From the IMG/VR virus record IMGVR_UViG_3300025653_000041, positions 1 through 58,718 of that record: 58,718 bases of DNA. One strand, given 5' to 3'. Made by a program: the position numbers and the translations under genes. The notes beneath the pieces were generated by a model. It saw only the letters and a program-made list of their open reading frames with translations, was not told where the DNA came from and ran no database searches. Within the stretch, counting starts at the first letter, position 1. Each line of letters opens with the position of its first letter. The stretch comes from a virus. Its lineage: Duplodnaviria > Caudoviricetes. Below are positions 52,159-58,718 of the stretch, in pieces.

Positions 52159-53596
52159 TATACAGCCTATTGAATATGAAACACAAGCTATTGAAGAAAC
52201 AGCTAACGTACTATTCAAGCCTAACCCCGGCCCACAGACTGACTTTCTAGCGGCAGCGGAACGAGAGGTACTATATGGTGGAAGTGCTGGCGGTGGTAAA
52301 TCCTACGCTATGTTATCTGACCCACTACGTTACATGGGGCATCCCGCATTTAGTGGATTGCTACTGCGACATACAACAGAAGAACTAAGAGAACTTGTAT
52401 TTAAGTCGCAGGAGTTGTACCCAAAAATCTGGCCGGGTATCAAATGGTCAGAGAGAAAAATGCAGTGGACTGCACCATCTGGCGCAAGGTTGTGGATGTC
52501 ATATCTTGATAGGGATGATGATGTCTTGCGTTATCAGGGTCTAGCGTTTAGCTGGATAGGGTTTGACGAATTGACTCAGTGGGCCACACCCTACGCTTGG
52601 AATTACATGCGTTCACGTCTACGGTCCACTGCACCTGACTTGCCTATCTTTATGAGAGCCACAACTAACCCCGGAGGAAGAGGTCATCACTGGGTTAAGA
52701 AAATGTTTATTGACCCTTCACCGTATAATAGAGCCTTCGATGCCACAGATAGCGAAACAGGAGAGGTACTGCGATACCCTGCAGGACACGAGAAGGCTGG
52801 AAAGTCTTTATTTAAAAGGCGGTTTATCCCAGCACGATTATCAGACAATCCTTATCTGGCAGAGTCGGGTGACTACGAAGCAATGCTGCTTTCCATGCCA
52901 GAGCAACAAAGACGCCAACTCCTTGAAGGTGATTGGGATATTAAAGAAGGTGCGGCTTTTACGGAATTTGACCGTAATATTCATGTTGTCGAGCCTTTTG
53001 ATATTCCTCACAACTGGGTTAAGTTTCGCGCTTGTGACTACGGTTACGGTAGTAAGTCTGGTGTTATTTGGTTTGCTGTTGCACCTAATGAACAGCTTGT
53101 GGTATATAGAGAACTTTACGTTTCTAAAGTCCTTGCCGCAGACTTGGCAGATATGATACTTGAATTAGAGGCGGGTGATGGAACTATTAAATATGGTGTG
53201 TTGGATAGCAGTCTTTGGCATAAGCGTGGTGATACTGGACCGTCTCTTGCGGAGACTATGATTGCACGAGGATGCCGTTGGCGTCCATCAGATAGAAGCC
53301 GTGGTAGCCGTGTAGCAGGTAAGAACGAAATACACAGGCGTTTGCAGGTAGATGAATTTACAGAGGAGCCTAGACTTGTATTCTTTAATAGCTGCACAAA
53401 TACAATATCGCAGTTACCAGCCATCCCGCTTGATAAGAAAAATCCAGAAGACATTGATACGAATAGTGAAGACCACTTGTATGATGCCTTAAGATATGGT
53501 ATAATGTCCAGACCAAGATTTAGTATATTTGATTATGACCCTATGGGAAGACCAAGTACAGGTATGCGTGTAGCAGACAGCACATTCGGATATTAA
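52037..53596 (+). CDS. terL: terminase large subunit
   Basis: PNPGPQ, YGGSAGGGKS, IGFDEL, TTNPGG, ACDYGY, DHLYDALRY; true start may be downstream. Confidence 0.93.
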   Translation: MNDSVRTKLKASSSGQSMRKRQSPKRKVSKKKEQAPKPTVDIQPIEYETQAIEETANVLFKPNPGPQTDFLAAAEREVLYGGSAGGGKSYAMLSDPLRYMGHPAFSGLLLRHTTEELRELVFKSQELYPKIWPGIKWSERKMQWTAPSGARLWMSYLDRDDDVLRYQGLAFSWIGFDELTQWATPYAWNYMRSRLRSTAPDLPIFMRATTNPGGRGHHWVKKMFIDPSPYNRAFDATDSETGEVLRYPAGHEKAGKSLFKRRFIPARLSDNPYLAESGDYEAMLLSMPEQQRRQLLEGDWDIKEGAAFTEFDRNIHVVEPFDIPHNWVKFRACDYGYGSKSGVIWFAVAPNEQLVVYRELYVSKVLAADLADMILELEAGDGTIKYGVLDSSLWHKRGDTGPSLAETMIARGCRWRPSDRSRGSRVAGKNEIHRRLQVDEFTEEPRLVFFNSCTNTISQLPAIPLDKKNPEDIDTNSEDHLYDALRYGIMSRPRFSIFDYDPMGRPSTGMRVADSTFGY

Positions 53597-53606
53597 GGAA
53601 AACATT

Positions 53607-55742
53607 ATGGCTGAAGAAGAAATTATGATTGAAGACGATGCAATTGCACTAGAAGACACAGATGATTCTGTAGTTGTAGATGCCGATGTATCATCCATCA
53701 TTCCATTTATTTACGAAAGATACCAGCGTTCAGAAGATTATCGTGAACAAGATGAAGACCGCTGGCTACGTGCTTACCGTAACTACCGTGGTCTATATGG
53801 ACCTGATGTACAGTTTACTGAGGCAGAAAAGTCTCGCGTATTTATTAAAGTAACGAAGACAAAGACGCTGGCAGCTTACGGACAGATTGTAGATGTCTTG
53901 TTTGCTAATCAGCGTTTTCCTTTATCTGTAGACCCTACTGAGTTACCAGAAGGCGTGGTAGAAGATGTTAGCTTTGACCCACAGGAACCAGAGCAACTAC
54001 GTGGTGACACAGCACTGTCTACTAGCCCATACGGTTTTGCTGGTGATGGCAACGACTTGGAGCCGGGTGCTACTGCACAGTCACTGCAAGAGAAGCTAGG
54101 CGTAGTACAGAACAAACTAGAGCCAGTGCAGGAGAAACTAAAAGAAGGTCCGGGTAAGACACCTACAGCGATTACATTTAGCCCTGCTATGATTGCTGCT
54201 AAGAAGATGCAAAAGAAGATACACGACCAACTAGAAGAGTCTGGTGCGGGTAAGCATATGCGTAACTCTGCATTTGAGATGGCACTGTTTGGTACAGGTG
54301 TAATGAAAGGCCCGTTTGCTACGGACAAAGAGTATCCTAATTGGGATGATGAAGGTAACTATGACCCACTGTTTAAGACAGTTCCGCAAGTACAGCATGT
54401 ATCAGTTTGGAATTTTTATCCTGACCCTGATGCGAATAACATGGATGAAGCGCAGTACGTAATTGAACGGCACAAGATGTCACGTTCACAACTACGTAGT
54501 CTCAAGAAGCGTCCATACTTCCGTGGTCAAGTAATTGACGAGGTTATTGCTATTGGTGAGAACTACACAAAGAAGTATTGGGAAGATGACCTATCTGACT
54601 ATGCACCTGAGTCTTCTATTGAACGCTTTGAAGTACTTGAGTATTGGGGCATGGTTGATGTCGATATGCTTGAAGAGCAAGACATTACAATACCAGATGA
54701 GTTGCAAGACTTTGACGAACTGCAAGCAAACGTGTGGATATGTAATGGCAAACTTATTCGTATGGTTCTTAATCCATTCAAGCCTAGCAAGATTCCATAC
54801 CATGCTGCGCCATACGAACTGAACCCGTACTCTTTCTTTGGAGTGGGTATTGCAGAAAACATGGACGATACACAAACTCTTATGAATGGGTTTATGCGTA
54901 TGGCTGTCGATAACGCTGTCCTATCGGGTAACTTGATTATGGAACTAGATGAAACTAATCTAGTGCCGGGTCAGGACTTGTCACTATATCCGGGCAAGGT
55001 ATTCCGTAGACAAGGTGGTGCGCCGGGTCAAGCTATCTTTGGAACTAAGTTTCCAAATGTATCATCAGAGAATATGATGCTGTTTGACAAAGCACGTCAG
55101 TTATCAGACGAAAGCACAGGTATGCCTAGCTTTGCTCATGGGCAAACAGGGGTATCTGGTGTAGGCCGTACTGCATCCGGCATATCAATGCTTATGGGTG
55201 CTGCCAGTGGTGGTATCAAAACTGTTGTAAAGAATGTGGATGATTATCTTCTACGCCCATTAGGCGAAGGTTTCTTCCGTTTTAATATGCAGTTTGACTT
55301 TGACCCTGAAATTAAAGGCGACCTAGAAGTTAAGGCACGTGGAACTGAAAGTCTTATGGCTAACGAAGTACGTAGTCAGCGTTTGATGCAGTTCCTGCAA
55401 GTAGCAAGTAGCCCAGCACTTGCACCTTTTGCTAAGTTCCAATATGTAATCCGTGAGATTGCATCATCACTGGACTTAGACCCCGACAAAGTAACCAACA
55501 ATATGGATGAAGCTGCTCTGCAAGCAGAGATTATGAAAGGCTTCCAAGCACCTGCACAACCAGAACAAGGCATGGCTACTGGTAGTCCAATGGACCCAAC
55601 TGGCGCAGGTGGTGGTAATATAGGCACAGGACAAGTACCTGTACCGGGTGAACAAGGATTTAGTGCAAATGGACAAGAAGCAAATACTCAGCAGCCTCAA
55701 GCCGTTGGTGGGCAACAACCACCAATGGGAGGCATTCAATAA
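53607..55742 (+). CDS. portal protein
   Basis: 711 aa after terL; FGTGVMK, FYPDP, FFGVG, AVLSGN motifs. Confidence 0.88.
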   Translation: MAEEEIMIEDDAIALEDTDDSVVVDADVSSIIPFIYERYQRSEDYREQDEDRWLRAYRNYRGLYGPDVQFTEAEKSRVFIKVTKTKTLAAYGQIVDVLFANQRFPLSVDPTELPEGVVEDVSFDPQEPEQLRGDTALSTSPYGFAGDGNDLEPGATAQSLQEKLGVVQNKLEPVQEKLKEGPGKTPTAITFSPAMIAAKKMQKKIHDQLEESGAGKHMRNSAFEMALFGTGVMKGPFATDKEYPNWDDEGNYDPLFKTVPQVQHVSVWNFYPDPDANNMDEAQYVIERHKMSRSQLRSLKKRPYFRGQVIDEVIAIGENYTKKYWEDDLSDYAPESSIERFEVLEYWGMVDVDMLEEQDITIPDELQDFDELQANVWICNGKLIRMVLNPFKPSKIPYHAAPYELNPYSFFGVGIAENMDDTQTLMNGFMRMAVDNAVLSGNLIMELDETNLVPGQDLSLYPGKVFRRQGGAPGQAIFGTKFPNVSSENMMLFDKARQLSDESTGMPSFAHGQTGVSGVGRTASGISMLMGAASGGIKTVVKNVDDYLLRPLGEGFFRFNMQFDFDPEIKGDLEVKARGTESLMANEVRSQRLMQFLQVASSPALAPFAKFQYVIREIASSLDLDPDKVTNNMDEAALQAEIMKGFQAPAQPEQGMATGSPMDPTGAGGGNIGTGQVPVPGEQGFSANGQEANTQQPQAVGGQQPPMGGIQ

Positions 55743-55884
55743 TTATTTGGATGATGCGATAGAGCAACATCACAAAGTAATGGAACAATCAACCGATACT
55801 ATTGCATTACATAGACAGCAAGGTGCAATAGCAGTATTACGTAGACTAAAACAACTTAGGGATGAAATCAATGGCTCTGAATAA
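55669..55884 (+). CDS. small post-portal protein (allele 2)
   Basis: Homolog of 423..638. Confidence 0.7.
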   Translation: MDKKQILSSLKPLVGNNHQWEAFNNYLDDAIEQHHKVMEQSTDTIALHRQQGAIAVLRRLKQLRDEINGSE

Positions 55885-57352
55885 ACAAATGGAAATGTTT
55901 GACGATGGTGGTCTTATGGATGAAGGTGGTACAGTAGACCCTGTATCTGGTAATGACGTGCCGCCCGGTTCTACACAAGAAGAAGTACGTGATGACATTC
56001 CGGCACAGCTAAGTGAAGGCGAGTTTGTATTTCCTGCTGATGTTGTACGCTTTATTGGTCTTAATAATCTTATGCAGATGCGACAGCAAGCTAAGATGGG
56101 ATTAAAACAGATGGAAGAAATGGGTCAAATGGGCAATAGTGATGAAGCTACTATGCCAGATGATTTGCCATTTGATATTAATGACCTTGACATGGAAGAT
56201 GAGTTAGAATATAATATAGGTGGTTTTGTTCCTGCGACTGCACAACAACAACAATATGGTATTAGTGGTATGCAACAAGCTGCAGCACCAACAACAGGTG
56301 TAGCAGCTATACCGCAACAAGCTGCATCACAACAATATGTACAACCAGTGCAAGCTGTAGTACCTACTACTCCTGTGTACACACCTGCAGAAATTCCTAC
56401 TTTTAAAGGCTTTGTAGGGGATAATGTTCCGGGCGTAGACTTTGAATATGTAGAATATAAAAATGAAGCAGGTAATGTTATTCAACTACGTAAAAGTAAA
56501 ACAACAGGTGACTTACTAGACCCTGTACCAGAAGGCTATACGTTTGTAGACCCTGAAGCTACTAAGGTAGAAGAAGCAACTGTAGCACCTACAACACCGC
56601 AGACTACTACTGTACGTGAAGATGGAGGTGATGCTGACCACGCTAAATCAGAAGAAGAAAAGTATGGTCCGGGCGGTGGTAGACTAGGCATTCCGGGTAC
56701 GGATATAATTTATGGAGTATCTTTTGAAAATATGGGTACGTTACCGGGTGTATTTGGGGGTGTACAAGGTGCATTAGGTTTAGCTACAGGTAAACCCCTG
56801 TCATCTGATGCATTAGTTAACTTTAAATTAGATGATGATGTATTTACTTTAACGGGTGATGAGTACAACAAAGTTAAAACTGCATTTGACAATGATGCAC
56901 TTTCAAGAAAAGAAAAACAAGATATTTTTGAAGCTGCTAGGTATGAAGGTAAAGTGCGACAAGCAGAAAAAGCTATAGAAGAAGCAAAGAAAGCAGAAAA
57001 AAGAGTTAAAACTTCTGATGTATTTAAAGATTCAGGATTCCAAGAAACAGGTGGTGATGAATCGGTAGACACATCATCAAAGGGAGCAGCTTTAGAAGCA
57101 AGTCTGAGAGGCTCCCCAACTCCGGGTGGTACAGGTAGAGGACGACAAGACTATTCTGGTGGTTATTCGCAAGATGATACAGCAGGAAATGAAACACCTC
57201 AAGATAGTGGTTTTAGTATGGGTTCTGATTTTAGTGCATCTGAAAGAGATGAATTGGGTCCGGGTGGTTATAACCAAGGTGGCCTAGCTTCTAAACCTAA
57301 ACCAAAGAAAACTAAGAAGATGAAGAAGGGTGGACTAGCTTCTAAAAAATAA
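55871..57352 (+). CDS. internal virion protein (allele 2, no lysozyme domain)
   Basis: Homologous to residues ~253-756 of 625..2895, with a different C-terminal third. Confidence 0.7.
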   Translation: MALNKQMEMFDDGGLMDEGGTVDPVSGNDVPPGSTQEEVRDDIPAQLSEGEFVFPADVVRFIGLNNLMQMRQQAKMGLKQMEEMGQMGNSDEATMPDDLPFDINDLDMEDELEYNIGGFVPATAQQQQYGISGMQQAAAPTTGVAAIPQQAASQQYVQPVQAVVPTTPVYTPAEIPTFKGFVGDNVPGVDFEYVEYKNEAGNVIQLRKSKTTGDLLDPVPEGYTFVDPEATKVEEATVAPTTPQTTTVREDGGDADHAKSEEEKYGPGGGRLGIPGTDIIYGVSFENMGTLPGVFGGVQGALGLATGKPLSSDALVNFKLDDDVFTLTGDEYNKVKTAFDNDALSRKEKQDIFEAARYEGKVRQAEKAIEEAKKAEKRVKTSDVFKDSGFQETGGDESVDTSSKGAALEASLRGSPTPGGTGRGRQDYSGGYSQDDTAGNETPQDSGFSMGSDFSASERDELGPGGYNQGGLASKPKPKKTKKMKKGGLASKK

Positions 57353-57424
57353 TCCACAATTCGTTGGCTACTCATCCCCCACGCCCGACAGTGTGGCTAC
57401 GGTGGCCCCAACAAGGAGAATACA

Positions 57425-58294
57425 ATGAACGATACAATCATGGCAGAAGAGATGCAGTCAACACCAAAGGCAGCATTTGTGAATAAACCTTACACGCAAG
57501 AAGAACGAGTAAAGCGTGATGAGGAAGAATTAGAAGAATTGATGAAGGCACGTGAAGGTGAAGCAGAAGAAGTAGAGGAAGCAGAAGCTGAACCTACTAG
57601 CGCAGAAGAAAAAACATTTAAGAAGCGTTATTCTGACCTACGCCGACATCAACAGAAACAAGCAGAAGAATTTAAAACTGAACTAGCTGCGCTTAAAAGT
57701 CAACTGGAAAGTGCTGCTAAAAAGGAAATGAAGTTGCCTAAGTCTGATGAAGACATTGAAAAATGGGCAAAAGAATATCCTGATGTAGCAGCTATCGTTG
57801 AAACAATTGCAACAAAAAAAGCACGCGAACAATCAACTGCTCTTGAAGAGCGTTTGAAAGCAATTGACGAGTTACAAAATTCAGCTACAAAAGAAAAAGC
57901 AGAAGCAGCACTAATGCAGATGCATCCAGACTTTGATGACATTCGTGATAGCGATGACTTTCACCAATGGGCAGAAGAACAACCTAAGTGGGTACAGGAC
58001 GCACTGTACGAGAATGATAATGACGCACGTTCAGCAGCAAGAGCAATTGACCTCTACAAAGCAGATAGAGGTATTGGCAAAGAAACTAAGAGCAAGAGCA
58101 ATAAGGGTGCAGCAGAGGCAGTTTCGGCGAAAAATAAACGAAGCAAGCCGCAGACTAATGAAGCGTCTACGTACCTTAAAGAATCAGACGTAGATAAAAT
58201 GTCAGCACATGAATACGAAAAGCGTTCAGATGAAATCATGGATGCAATCCGTAGTGGCAAATTTATCTACGATTTATCTGGCTCTGCACGATAA
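57425..58294 (+). CDS. capsid scaffolding protein (allele 2)
   Basis: Homolog of 2968..3834. Confidence 0.8.
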   Translation: MNDTIMAEEMQSTPKAAFVNKPYTQEERVKRDEEELEELMKAREGEAEEVEEAEAEPTSAEEKTFKKRYSDLRRHQQKQAEEFKTELAALKSQLESAAKKEMKLPKSDEDIEKWAKEYPDVAAIVETIATKKAREQSTALEERLKAIDELQNSATKEKAEAALMQMHPDFDDIRDSDDFHQWAEEQPKWVQDALYENDNDARSAARAIDLYKADRGIGKETKSKSNKGAAEAVSAKNKRSKPQTNEASTYLKESDVDKMSAHEYEKRSDEIMDAIRSGKFIYDLSGSAR

Positions 58295-58534
58295 AAAGAG
58301 TTGACAAGTAGTTATTTATAAGTATAACTATAGTCATGTATGATGTAAACAGGTTAGCTACTTGTTTACATTGTCAATCCGCAAACGACAAAAATCTTCA
58401 AGATTACCTGAATAACATGGCCTATTGAGTACATTAGTTGCAACTCTTGTACAAAATACACCCTACGTTAGACAGCCTCTGCCAAGAATTGTATTGTTTG
58501 CATCTGTACAATCCAAAACAATAGGAGATGGATT

Positions 58535-58718
58535 ATGGCTTTCCCAAGCGCACCGGGTTATAACAACTTGCCGAATGGCAATTTTAGCCCCGTAATTTAC
58601 TCCAAACAGGTGCAGCTTGCATTCCGCAAGGCCGCTGTTTGTGACGCAATTACGAATAACGACTACTTTGGTGAAATCGCAAACTTTGGTGATTCAGTTA
58701 AAATCATTAAAGAACCCG
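58535..58718 (+). CDS. major capsid protein N-terminal fragment (allele 2, 3' truncated)
   Basis: MAFPSAPGYNNLPNGNFSPVIYSKQ... Confidence 0.88.
   Translation, partial: MAFPSAPGYNNLPNGNFSPVIYSKQVQLAFRKAAVCDAITNNDYFGEIANFGDSVKIIKEP

Larger units (their letters stand above)
55247..58718 (+). repeat. right copy of diverged terminal overlap (matches 1-4259)
   Basis: See left copy. Confidence 0.95.

Noticed and set aside
1-58718. tRNA genes, introns or inteins
   Set aside because: No cloverleaf with a T-loop GTTCRA in intergenic space seen by eye; polymerase, RNR, helicase and terminase are uninterrupted and of normal length. tRNAscan-SE would confirm.
1-58718. Alternative genetic code or stop-codon reassignment
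   Set aside because: Standard code 11 gives dense full-length genes, and all three stop codons are used.

Overview
The window holds a complete, circularly permuted dsDNA podovirus genome with a unit length of about 54.5-55.2 kb. It is most consistent with an HMO-2011-type marine phage of Alphaproteobacteria (SAR116/Roseobacter hosts). The evidence is a family-A DNA polymerase carrying a DnaJ-type CxxCxGxG zinc-finger insert, adjacent primase, helicase and tyrosine integrase genes, a class II RNR, MazG, and no phage RNA polymerase. The + strand arm (44.5 kb to the end, then 1-25.3 kb) encodes small late proteins, a Rieske-less ring-hydroxylating oxygenase, lysis, terminase, portal, scaffold, capsid, tail, a modular array of small tail-appendage genes and ejection proteins. 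The - strand arm (43.6 to 25.3 kb) encodes small early genes and replication/nucleotide metabolism. The arms diverge at a structured non-coding region (43.7-44.5 kb, probable genome termini) and converge on a terminator at 25.28 kb. The two window ends overlap (1-4259 vs 55247-58718) but are diverged alleles. That comparison reveals a swappable lysozyme domain and covariation-supported RNA structures upstream of the scaffold and major capsid genes. Other notable signals are a recurrent hydrophobic-x-x-G-G peptide motif shared by unrelated late proteins, SD/stop/start microhomology junctions that make genes behave like cassettes, and a repeated promoter-hairpin-palindrome element in the early region. 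All product calls come from motif recognition by eye, not database searches.
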